Assembly: GCA_043228905.1 (NCBI GenBank)
Contig: JBHGNT010000001.1
Location: forward strand, 10,416,001-10,480,000
Direction of reading: 5' to 3'
From: Azolla caroliniana
Lineage: Eukaryota; Plantae; Polypodiophyta
Length of the DNA: 64,000 nucleotides
The position numbers and the translations under genes were made by a program. A model generated the notes under the pieces. The model saw only the letters and a list, made by a program, of their open reading frames with translations. It was not told the origin of the DNA and made no database searches. How positions within the stretch are numbered: position 1 is the stretch's first letter; each line of letters begins with the position of its first letter. Below are positions 12,480 through 23,841 of the stretch, piece by piece.

Positions 12480-13260
12480 CTAGTTAAAGATAATTACATT
12501 TCGCACACCCTCAAGTTGCATTCTCTCATAAAGCTTGAGAGCTTCATCACCATTTCCATGTAACAATCGGCAACTGTTCAGTTTGGTTTGAGAATGTCCA
12601 AACTGAACCGTTAAAAAATTTTGAAACCTGAACCAAACCGAACCGAACCACGAAACCATTAAACCAATCATGTAGGTAAAAATCCAAACTGTTAAACCAT
12701 TAAACCGCTAAAATTGCGGTTTCATGTTTCGGTTTTCAATTTAGGTTAAAATTCAAATTTAAAATTTTAAAATTTTAAAAATTTTAAGTTTTTTCCTAAA
12801 ATGTGAGAATTAGGCTTTAAAATGAAAAGGTTGTTTAAAAAATAAATTTTTATTTTTAAAAAAAATTAGAAATCATCAAACGTTTAAACCGAACCGTTAA
12901 AAAAAACTCAAACCTAAACGAAACCAAACAGTTTTAACCGTTAAGCCATTAAGTCATAGATTCATGGTTCAGTTCGGTTCAAACCGAACCGTTGCCGATA
13001 GTTATTTCCATGCTCAATATATCCTAATATTAACGTATTCCATGTTACTATGTTTTGAGCTAGAAGGACTAGATCTCTTTCTAATATTCCCTCTCTAGCA
13101 ATGACAACATGTATTTCTATCTATAGCTTGAATGCTTCCACAAACTTACAACATTGAAACAAATGCGGTAGCATTAGGTTGGGACCCTCCAAGTGCATCA
13201 TTTCAAAACATTCCAAAATGGTAGTGCAAGGATATGCCTTTTTTCAAGGTCAGCCAAACA
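12480..13260 (-). pseudogene. PLS-class PPR gene fragment, interrupted by a hAT MITE
   Basis: Removing the MITE gives ..IVTWNTLILGYIEHGNGDEALKLYERMQLEGV; upstream LECFEMMHLEG..PNATAFVSML, EIHVVIAREGILERDL. Confidence 0.8.
12561..13004. mobile_element. hAT-type MITE (444 bp)
   Basis: 8-bp TSD TTTCCATG (12553-12560 and 13005-13012); TIR TAACAATCGGCAAC / GTTGCCGATAGTTA; AAACCG subterminal repeats. Confidence 0.92.
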
Positions 13261-13722
13261 AGTTCCATAAGGAAAAACGCTTATTTAACTATCTATTGTG
13301 AAATTTGAAGAATATTTTCCGAATTTTGTCTTCAAGTGAACATCAATCACAATGTTCATCACCGAAAGAGATGTTCTTCTAGATTTAATTAATTTTGTTA
13401 AAAGGTCCAATACACACCAATTGCACCACATGTCCACTGATGATTCCCATCTAGCTTTGCTTTTAACCAACAAGGATGAATCCTTGACCATGTTCTGTGT
13501 ACATGCCAAACAAACATGAACAATAACCTTCAATAATTCCTTCGAGTTCTTCTACAGTAGATCATTCACAATCACATTTAAACTAGACTTTGACATTATC
13601 AATTGCGTTCCATTATCTGCTTCATCCTGAATTCCTTTCACGAAGAGAATCAAATTATAGAAGAACTTTGCGAGCTCAATAGTAATACACTCAGGATCAA
13701 TTGAATATATTTTCTTGGAGAT

Positions 13723-13828
13723 ATGTAAGCTTTGTGTAAAAGATATTGTGCGGAAGCTAAGACAAACCTGACTAGTCCGGATAACAGCAGAACACAGAAC
13801 AAAGGTTTAATGGAAAGCTTGAGTACAT

Positions 13829-13868
<40 letters not shown>

Positions 13869-14128
13869 TCAATTCAAAATAACAAAACTCTGTACATAGA
13901 ATGTCCTCAAAGAGCACTTTTATACAAGTCCTTACACGGACTGACACAAGTACCATAAATACTTGGATGCTCATAAATGAGCCTCTACACTCACTCCAAG
14001 GAATATGCCTACATTATAGGCTTAGACCGTAGGTTTCTAACAGCCTACCGGTTCACATTGTTTCTAAATACGATACGGTTCGTCTCCAGGTTCCGGATAC
14101 CCATGTATCTGGAGTGTTGCTTTCAACG
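13723..14128 (-). mobile_element. LTR remnant related to the Copia A LTR (boundaries approximate)
   Basis: Reverse complement shares (CT)n..CTCAAGCT(C/T)TCCATTAAACCT..GCTTCCGCAC with 779-842; right end reads (C)GTTGAAAG. Confidence 0.55.
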
Positions 14129-17100
14129 AGAACTCGATGCAGTGGGGTGCTTACGCGATGCACTGCAACGAGTTCTTGTTGAATGACTGATGCGTTCAAC
14201 GGGAACTCAATGCACTACAAGTTCCCGTTGCAAAAAATGAACAAAATTAAAATGGAATCTTTTGGGAATCTTTAGAGAATCTTAAAAAACATTTAAAAGA
14301 AGATACCTGGCAATTTTCTTTCCATTGTTCATGTTGCTGATGTCGACTCAAGTTGACCGGGGATGCAAAACCAGAAGGTCCGGATGCTCCTGTGCTCTTG
14401 TGCTCCTTTGCTTCTTGAATGCGATAATGACAATGAGAAGAGAACTTTCCTTTATATTATTTTTAAAAAAATTTATTTAAAAAATAATTATTATTTTTAA
14501 ATTTGAATTATTATAGAAGAAAACTTTGAGCTATTTTCAACTCAATTGAGCCTAGTTAGCCTTAGTCAAGATGTCCTCAACCTCGAGTAAAAGTTCTCTA
14601 TTCTCCATTGAGCCTTTTTAATTATCTGATAACTCGTTATTCTCTATCGACGAATATAACCATATAAATAATAAATGATGCCATGTAGAGTCCAACAATG
14701 ATGTTGGGCAAAGTTCGAATTCACTTTTTTCGATTGAGCCTTTTAACTTAGGTAGACTACAAAATAATAAAGTAGTTACAAATCATGAGGAACCTAGTTT
14801 ATGTATGTCAATAAGCCTCTAAATTTTCAAAGAGTTCCTCGACAAGTGAGTGTTAAAAGATATAATTTTTTGTGTTCGGATCGCCAAATTGCATTTGATA
14901 TATGAAAGCCATGTTGTGGGAATCTTTGTCTTTCAAAATTAGGAAAGGCAAACTTGAGGGGGTTGCGACAGAAATATTTGTCACTTAATGGCGATGAACA
15001 AGGTACTTTCTTGATTTCACATATGCAACTTGTTAAGGACCACATGGCAGTTTCAAGTTCTCTGCATGTGGAATATTACCTTTCACTTAGTATGAAGAGT
15101 TGTTGAGTAACTTTTAAGATTGTTTATAGCATTGGTAACATGAGGCTTCAGAGAATTCAACATCGATTAGATAAGGGCTTGTGGGTACATTTCAACAATA
15201 CAGAATCTCCATGTAAGGGTCTGATTGGGCGACATGTCGTGAGATGGATGAAGATATATTTCTCAAAGCAATGTGATGTTATGCCCACCACTGGAAGATT
15301 ACATTTGTCAGATAACTTCACTCGTCATGAGGTGTACCAAGTGTATAAGCATGACATGTTATTAGAAAGTGAACCTTACATACAATATCGGTATTTTAAT
15401 CGATTATGGAGATTGAAGTTAAACAATGTGGTCATACCCCGCAAGGTCCGGATGGGTGTTTGCTCTGTATGTGCAAGCTTAAAAGCATGGCAAAGAGTGG
15501 GACAACAGATGTAGAAATAAAGAATTAGAAGAATTTATTAAAAGAACATCGAGAAAGTCAAGCGTTGGAAAAATCTAAAGCTATGCACCATCATCAAAAA
15601 GCACTTCAATCACCAGAAAGGTATATGCGCTTGATTATAGATGGGATGGATTAGAAGAAAACTTGTTTGCCATACTTTCGAAGGTTGCCCAAGGATATTG
15701 GAGATGAATGCCTAGTGCAGATGCACTTAGTAGGTTGTCTTCTATATTGTCAGACAATAAGGCCTCATGTGTTCCTAACTTATCCAAATATTCACAACAA
15801 CCTTAATCTTATAGTAACAATGATGCAAAGAGTTTTGCAGACTTAGCAAGGTTTACTCCCGCCAGTACTATACGTGCAACTAGACAATACGGCGAAAGAA
15901 AAAAAGAACTCGACTGTGTTTGGTTATTTAAGCATGTTAGTAGACATGGGTATTTTCAAAAAGATTAAGGTCAACTTCTTACTAGTTGGTCACACACATG
16001 ATCACATAGATCAAATGTTTAGTTGGTTCTCCAAGAAATTAGCGTCATGTGATGCTTTCACACTTCCTATGTTGTCAAAGTTTATCACTGAAGCTTATAC
16101 CCCAAAGCTAGATGTACAACATTTAGATGAAGTTTATGATTTTAAACGATTCTGTGTGAATGGTGATGGGACTCGATGTAGGGTTCTTGCTAAGCTTAAT
16201 AATATAAGTTTTAAGCACGTCTTCCTCATCCACAAAAGGGCGGTCGGTCACAACCAAACGATGTTGTATGCCAAACAATATTCATCTAGTTCGTAATGGG
16301 AGCCACAAGACGGATCTAGGCTCTTATTGCATTTCCCAGATGCAGTAATCTATGGTGCAGAACAAATGTCCTATGACGACCACAAAAGATTGGCTACTAG
16401 TAGTTCAATTCAAGAGCAAAAGATATATTGGACACGTTGCCTTGAGGGAAAACACAAAAATATTGAGAGAACCAAAGGTGGGATAACTTCTTTAATCATC
16501 AACGTACGATATTAGCTAACTACTTTGCGGGAGTATGGCCACTACAAAATCAATTTGAATGAAATATTGATGGCCCGTCAATGGAGAGCATGACTTGTTT
16601 ACAACCACTAGATAATCTTGAATTGAATAATCTAGTTCGTCCACGACAAAGAGATATTTACGTGGGACCAAGATAATCGCATGTTGCTGAGGTGAGAAGG
16701 TAAGGCAATCTACATGAGCTGCAAGTTGGTATGTTGGTTGCAACATTAGTTGGGGGTGATAAGTTGGGTCATCCCTTTTGGATTGCTAAAATCATTGAAA
16801 TTATTAAGGATGATGAAGGCAATCAAGTTCAATCCATTGTGGTTCATTGGTATCATACCTCTTCCAAAGATGCATTTATTGGGAAGTACTCTTTAGAGAT
16901 GGTTAAGGATGTCGGAGGCACAAGCAGAAAACGGAGAAGAAAGAATCTACCCAGCATATCTACTCTAACACTTGATAATGTCGACATACTCGTGTATGAC
17001 TTCTCATTGACCAAAGCAGGCCAGCTAAGACAGACTACAATCAAGATAATAAAAGAGAAGGTCCCAGATGTGCCTGTTGACGCATTACAAATACGAACAA

Positions 17101-17558
17101 GGAGTATGTCTCATAATCACGGTGATGTTGGATTGAAATTGGATGAAGACAATGCATTGGTTGCTAGTGATGATGAGGATGAAACCTCACAAAGCTCTTC
17201 TAGTTCATCGGGTGGGTCTGAAGGGGAAGGCGTATATCTGGGAAGTGATGGATCTCATATATGAAATGAAAATATTGTATGTTACATCAATATGGTGATT
17301 CACAAATATGTATAAATATACATGTTAGTCATTTTGTAATTTTTGTACGTTCTCTTGTAAATTTCTCGTGTCGATTATTAGAGGCATTTTTTGAAAGCTC
17401 TAAATTTTTGGACATGGTATAAATCAATATATTTTGATTCAATTTCCAAAAACCTTTACGCATGCGATAGTCCTTTTTGTGAAATGACCTACTTTGTGTC
17501 TTTTTTAGACGGACTGTTCTTAAATTGCGACATATTACCTATTTCAAATGAACCAGTG
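14122..17558 (+). mobile_element. Sola1-like DNA transposon, decayed, left TIR lost
   Basis: Transposase remnants; right TIR ..CGACATATTACCTATTTCAAATGAACCAGTG ends at 17558; palindromic subterminal motifs at 14122-14235. Confidence 0.72.
14900..17264 (+). pseudogene. Sola1-like DDD transposase pseudogene with C-terminal extension
   Basis: KPCCGNLCL; CSVC zinc motif; IIDGMD (~15632); QLDNTAKEKKN; FLLVGHTHDHIDQMFS; several stops and frameshifts; distal ORF 16731-17264. Confidence 0.78.
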
Positions 17559-18108
17559 TTGAACTCCTTGCTAATGGAAACCTCAACTTCTACAACCTTA
17601 ATGCATTCTCTTCCCTGATTGTTTAACAAGATTATGCGAGTCCTCTCATCTCAAGGGAGTTGAGACTAAATTTGTGAATTTGTAACTATAGAGTTCACAT
17701 GGTTTTCCAATCAATATAATGATTCAAAATGGTTGAGAAGGTAACATGCATGAAAAAAATTGACCATTAAAACTTGCAATTTTAGAACTCAGAAGGTTAT
17801 GACACTCAAGTGAGTGATTAGAGGGTTTTCCTAGAATATATGAATTGACTCAAACTCTTGAAGAAGATGACCATACATTATTATGATAGATGTTAGACAA
17901 AGAAACTTTTTAGTCAAGGTAACTTTTTAGTCCATGAAACAAGAGTTGTCTCTTGAATTTAAAAGAGTAGAAGCAAAAAATGCATGACACCCAAAAGTAT
18001 TATGGTCTGCCTGTGCCACAAAACCCCTATTACCTCAATTTGACAAAATGGAAACATTCTTTTGGACTGACTCTACAAATTCTAGGTTTTCTAACAAATA
18101 ACTCCTAA

Positions 18109-20441
18109 CACCAGCACATTTGAAATAAGTAATATGTCGTGTTCTCTTTTTTACTTCTAGGGAGATGTTAAAAAATGGCTCATTTCAGCACAATTTCACG
18201 ATGGTATGACGCATGCATACATGGTTTCTTAAAACGTACCAAAATTCTCAACTAATTATTTTCATGACAAGAAAGTCAACAGTTTAATATTCCATCTGTC
18301 ATGTTCTTTTATCCAATTTGGAGATAAGGAATGGAATTCCATGTAAGCTTAATTGTATTAACCCCGATTTTACAAATTATGAAAATGCTACCCCATTGAA
18401 CAAATTTTACAATGCTAAATTTATGTCTATTTATATAGAAGGTGTCCCTTAGTATTAAATGCAATCCACTTTGTTGTTGATTTGTCTCAAAATGTAGACC
18501 ATTGTTCTCAACTTGTTGTCATGTTAAGAACTTTATTTCAGAAACAACCTGTTGTAACTTTGTTTCAGACCAAGATGCATTACCATGGAAGAGGGGACTA
18601 TTGGCAGTCCACATATTTGGTTTTTTATTTGCATTTTTAAATTATGTGTGGAGTTTGTGGTTACATGGAAAGATTGAATAATTCCCATAAAATGAGTATT
18701 TCTTAGCAAAAAAACGTGGTGAAAACCACAGAAGGTCTAACTACACAGAAAGCTAGGGGAAATTTTGTATATTTTCGAATATAATGCAATGCATCAGATT
18801 TTTGTTGCAAGTCCGACACTTACAACAAGAATCCATTGCACCGCATCATATACTAGATGTATAGAGTATAATCCAATGCAATGCATCATGGTTCTAAGTC
18901 ATGCTTCTTGTTTGTCTTTGTGTTGTGTCTAGGAGCCACATTAAGGATTCGATGCACTATATCAAATTTTTAACTAGATAAAATTTGAAAAAATAAAAAA
19001 CCTTGGATTTTCAACTAGAATCTGAGGCAATGCACTGGATTTCAGTTGAAAATCCAAGATTTTTACATTTTTTTTTAAAAATTCATAAAAAAATAAATAA
19101 TTGATTTTCAATTAAAATACAATGCACTACATTGTATTTTAGTCTATACACCTAGAATCCAATGCATTGCAATGGATTAAAGTCAAAATTCCGTTTTTCT
19201 TTTTTCTTTTTTCTTTTTTCTTTTTTCAATGTTTTTTCTTTTTTCCATAAAATGAAAAAAAATCGATTTTCAACTGAAATCTGATGCACTGCATCGGATT
19301 TTAGTCTATATAGCTAGAATTTGATGCAGTGCATCGGATTTTAGCTGAAAATCCTTTTTCTTTTCAGTTGTTTTTCATTTTTTCAATAAATAAATAAAAA
19401 TATTTTAAAAAATGGATTTCCAACTAAAATTTGATGTACTACATTGGATTTCAGTTGAGAATCCAAATTTCTTTTAGTTTTTTCATTTTTTTTCATAAAA
19501 CAATGAAAGAATAAAAAAATATTGGATTTTCAACGGAAATCTGATGCACTACATCAGATTTCAGTTGAAAATCCATGATAAATGAAAAAAATAAAAGAAA
19601 AATCTTGGAGTTTCAATGTAAAGAGTAAAATTTGACATAGTGCATTAGATCTAGATGGAATGCATCAGATTTTTGTTGACATCAAAGGCTTACTATGAGA
19701 ATCTAAGAAAAACGAAAAAACATCTTTACGACATTTTTTATATTCTAATGATTTTGGTAGAATAAACGGTAGTTTGCAAGTTTCTCTCACATAATCAAAT
19801 ATCGTAAATAGAAAGTACATAATTAAATATCATAAACAAATGGATCAAAAAGATCTACTCTCACATTGGATAATGTTTATATACTAGTGTATGACTTATC
19901 TTTGACCAAAACAAGCTATCTGCGACAGACCACAATGAAGATACTAAAAGAGAAGATCTTGAATGTGGCTCCAAACACAACAAAGACAAACAAGAAGCAT
20001 GACTCATAACCATGATGAGGTTGGATTGCAATTGGATGAAGACAATGCATTAGTTGCCATTATTGATGAGGATGAGACCTAATAAACTCCTACTAGTTCA
20101 TCTGATGGGTATGAAGATGATGGCATAAACTTGGAAAATGATTGTTCTGGTATGTTAACTGAAAATTTTGTATTATACATCAAGATTTGGATTCATGAAT
20201 TTCTATAAATATTGGTGTTAGTCATTTTGGACATTCATTTGTAAGTTTTCCATGTCCATTATTTAGGCATTTTTTTGAACACCTAAATTTTCGTATATGC
20301 TAGAAATCAATATATTTTTGGGTTATGTTTTAAAATCCTTTACGCATGCGGCACCCCTTTTTGTGAATCGCCCAAATTTGTCTCATTTTTTATGGACAGT
20401 TCTCAAAATGCAACATATTACCTGTTTCAAATGTCCCATTG
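18109..20441 (+). mobile_element. Non-autonomous derivative of the same Sola1-like family
   Basis: TIRs CACCAGCACATTTGAAATAAGTAATATGTCG and CAACATATTACCTGTTTCAAATGTCCCATTG; 19858-20441 is homologous to 16963-17558; no clean TSD. Confidence 0.75.
18780..19680. repeat. Array of ~50-bp palindromes separated by A/T tracts
   Basis: For example 19523-19575 TGGATTTTCAACGGAAATCTGATG-CACTA-CATCAGATTTCAGTTGAAAATCCA; related units near 18790, 19005, 19102, 19265, 19413. Confidence 0.85.
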
Positions 20442-21284
20442 TTTCCTATTTTGGCTTCACTTACCATAAATAGCATTTTATCTATTTGGCTAAGGACTCC
20501 AAACCTATTGGATGTGTAGCTACTAGGAATTTTTACTATAATTAATGAATCAAGATCACATTTACCACTAGTGTTTTCTTAATTAGCTTGACTAGGAGAA
20601 TTTATAGATATTGTCTTGAACCATATAGACTTCCACCGTTTGCTCAATGTTGTTGCTTTTCAACTTCAATCAGTGGCCCTCGACGATGTGTTACATCGAT
20701 CTCCATTAGACTGGTGTTACCCTTCATAACGACGTTCAATGCTTGTGCAAGCCTTGTAAATCACGCGTTCATGAAGTGACCAATTCAACTCATACATTAG
20801 AATCTTGCACTTCCATGAGTTTCAACTACCATATCTAGAGGGTTGCATTCCTCATGATCAATGGCAAATGAGGGGTGTGAATGCTCTAGCATCCATTAGA
20901 GGGAGTTGGGTTGGCTTTCTTTGCCAACACGAGGTTTGTTCTTGATATTTATAACAGTTTGTTAGGGGCTCATAGCGTCATTCAAGTCCATCCATTTCCT
21001 TGTTCTTCTTGGGCACTACTAGTTGGTGGTCCTATATATTACATCATATATCAACACATATATGCACTTACCTCTCCACTCCATGCAACCGTGGAAGCCT
21101 TGAAGGAATCTTAAGTTAATCTAAAATTCACACACACCTAATAGCTACAATAATTAGGAAATATATTAGTCATAATTAAAGAGATAGTTGCTACACAAGA
21201 AACACACAAGCTATCTTAATTACATACATAATTTCTAAGTAAAAAACATGTTAAATTGATTAACTAATGTAGAAAAGTTACATG

Positions 21285-21910
21285 GAGCAACACATATTTT
21301 TGTGGCCCTTATCAAAGCTTGTTCTCAAGTGGACCTAGAAAGAGGTTCTAAAATTCATGCAATGATAGAAAAAGATGTTCTCTTGATATGTATAGGTTAT
21401 GATCATGCTTAGAAAGCACTTTATTGCTATGAAAATATGCAGCTTGAGGGAGTGCCTCCGGATGTGATACATTTATTTTTGGATTTCAAGCTTGCAATGG
21501 CATAGAATCTAGTGGTAAAGGCCAAGAAATCCATAGTCAACTTATAAAAAGAGGGGGTTTTTTTAAAACCAGCATTGCTATTGGCAATTCCTTGCTTGAT
21601 ATGTATGCTAAATGTGGCTTGGTTGTTGAAGCTACACAAGTGCTCAAAGATGTTGTCTTGCAGAGATCACTAATAACAGGATATGTAGAACAATGGTGAT
21701 GAAACATGTAAGAGCTTTGTAGAGATGCAACATAGAGGCATCCAACCAAATGCTTTCGATTTTGTGGTCATCTTGAAAGCTTCTATTAGCAGCACAAGAC
21801 CAATTCAAAGGGGACGTGAGATGCATCCTGAGATTGAAAGAAAGGGGCTCTTGGATAAAAACATTATTCTTGGATATGCCGAATATGAACAAGATTGGCT
21901 CGAAAGATAA
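21285..21910 (+). pseudogene. PLS-class PPR pseudogene fragment
   Basis: THIFVALIKACS..LERGSKIHA; ALYCYENMQLEGVPPDV; IAIGNSLLDMYAKCGLV; MQHRGIQPNAFDFVVILKA..RGREMHPEIERKGLL; many frameshifts. Confidence 0.85.
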
Positions 21911-22064
21911 CTTATCTTTACCTAGAAAGATTAGGTACAAACATTCGGCACGACTATACAATATTTGTTGTAATATTGGACTATTTTGGATATTGCCTCT
22001 AACCACTTTAATTTTAATACCAATAGAGGATATTTTTTATGGAAAAAAAAAGTTACATGTTCGT

Positions 22065-22133
22065 TGTATCCCAAATACCACTGTCGTAGAAGATATTAGT
22101 TATTAGAGATATGATCTAATGTAAGCGTATGAT

Positions 22134-22165
<32 letters not shown>

Positions 22166-22557
22166 GAGAGAGAGAAAGAAGGGTGTCGATCCACCCGACC
22201 ACCCCCGAGCAAAGGGATCGAGACGGACTTGAGCCTCGATCGGTGTCCCATACCACCGTTGTGGTGTCGAGTCGTACCTGGTGCTGGCACACTCGCTACA
22301 AGAGTTGAACCACCACGAAACAGAGTCTCGGCATAGTAAAAAGATCATGAAATGAGGGTAGCTAGGCCTCTTATTTAGAGCGATACCCAAGGCCCCCAGG
22401 CAAGTTCACACTTGGCCTAATGGGTTGTCTCAATCCCGAGGATTAAAAGTAATCCTCCCCTTCTTTACACTCTCGTTTAACCCTCACACTTATCCACTTG
22501 TATAGAATACTATGGTAAATTCTCACCACATGATATTATATGGTCATGCCCGTAACA
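22065..22557. mobile_element. Probable solo LTR
   Basis: TG at 22065 and TAACA at 22557, flanked by TTCGT on both sides (22060-22064, 22558-22562); GC-richer interior with (GA)n. The left boundary could instead be ~22098. Confidence 0.55.
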
Positions 22558-23012
22558 TTCGTGGATCTTGTATTTCGTTGTGCAAAGTTACTTTAGGCAA
22601 ACATCTCACTTGTGAGAGAGTTACACATTTTCTCTATTCATCTTGACATCGATGATGACTTCTTCTCTTTGTCTTCCTTCGATCTTAACAACACATGAAA
22701 TGTTGTAAAACTCTTCCATGCACACACAAGCTATGTGGCCACACTACAATCACAATGGTTGACCACATTAACACATATGAATAGGCTCTTCAATGAACTT
22801 ATAACGTCTTCAAGATTCCTCATGTGGCGAAAAGAGTTCAATGTGCATCATGTCTTCTGTTATGTATTATCCGTTAGCTTCATCTACATGTGTTATGTCA
22901 AGCATGGTGACAAGGTCACCTTCGTTGTATCCCAAATACCATTGTCCTAGAAGATATTAATGCATCTTGCATTTCCATGGCATGTGGTATGTCTTCTGTC
23001 TTGTGCCTTGTG

Positions 23013-23095
23013 TCTTATGTCTTATGTCTTATGTCTTATGTCTTATGTCTTGTCTTATGTCTTATGTCTTATGTGGTATGTGGTATGCATTATGC

Positions 23096-23158
<63 letters not shown>
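23013..23158. repeat. Compound microsatellite (TCTTATG)n-(TG)n-(AG)n
   Basis: Seen directly. Confidence 0.95.
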
Positions 23159-23238
23159 ATATACCAAAGATAAAAAAACATGTATTAACGAATGGGGGGA
23201 AATTACAGTAATCAATACTTACTTTGTACAATACACCA

Positions 23239-23497
23239 GGTTATGTTTATATAGACCTTCTATGTAAGTACAAATAGACGTTAGGCTATGTTTATATAGA
23301 CCTTCTATGCAAGTACAAATAGACAGTTATGTTTATATAGAACTTCTATGCAAGTACAAATAGACATTAGGTTATGGTTATATAGACCTTCTATGCAAGT
23401 ACAAATAGACAATTATGTTTATATAGAACTTCTATGCAAGTACAAATAGACGTTAGGTTATGGTTATATAGACCTTCTATGCAAGTACAAATAGACA
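23239..23497. repeat. Minisatellite of six units alternating 45/41 bp
   Basis: TTATGTTTATATAGACCTTCTATGCAAGTACAAATAGAC units start at 23241, 23286, 23327, 23372, 23413, 23458. Confidence 0.95.
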
Positions 23498-23764
23498 CTA
23501 AGAATGATCTAATGATGATGGGAGAGTGGGTGGGATATCTAAGTCATCGATTGCGCAAGGGCATCTCTCATTCACAAAGTCAACGGTGGGCTTCAACACA
23601 CATGGTCCAATAAGTGACTCGTGGTCTATCTCTCTTTCTCTCTTTTTTGTTGTAATTAGCTTACCTTATTGGTAAGTTGTTACACTATAAGCGTGTTGGG
23701 TTCAAAACCCAATTTTACTCACCTCTCTATTATATACTCCATACATATCGCTTAATTTATTAGA

Positions 23765-23841
23765 TGCCACTATGGAATGTAGGGGTTGACCCCATGACAA
23801 CCTAGTCTCCATTGGGCAACCTTACCAACTAAGCTACATCC
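23765..23841 (-). mobile_element. Possible tRNA-derived SINE head (degenerate)
   Basis: Minus strand GGATGTAGCTTAGTTGGTAAGG (A-box-like)..GGGTCAACCCCTACATTCCA (B-box-like); related copy at 26978-27036 (+). Confidence 0.4.

Noticed and set aside
18780-19680. Palindromic repeats with spacers resembling a CRISPR array
   Set aside because: Eukaryotic context, degenerate repeats, low-complexity A/T spacers of uneven length, no cas genes; lies within a TIR element
23765-23841. Functional tRNA gene
   Set aside because: Only box-like motifs; no convincing cloverleaf
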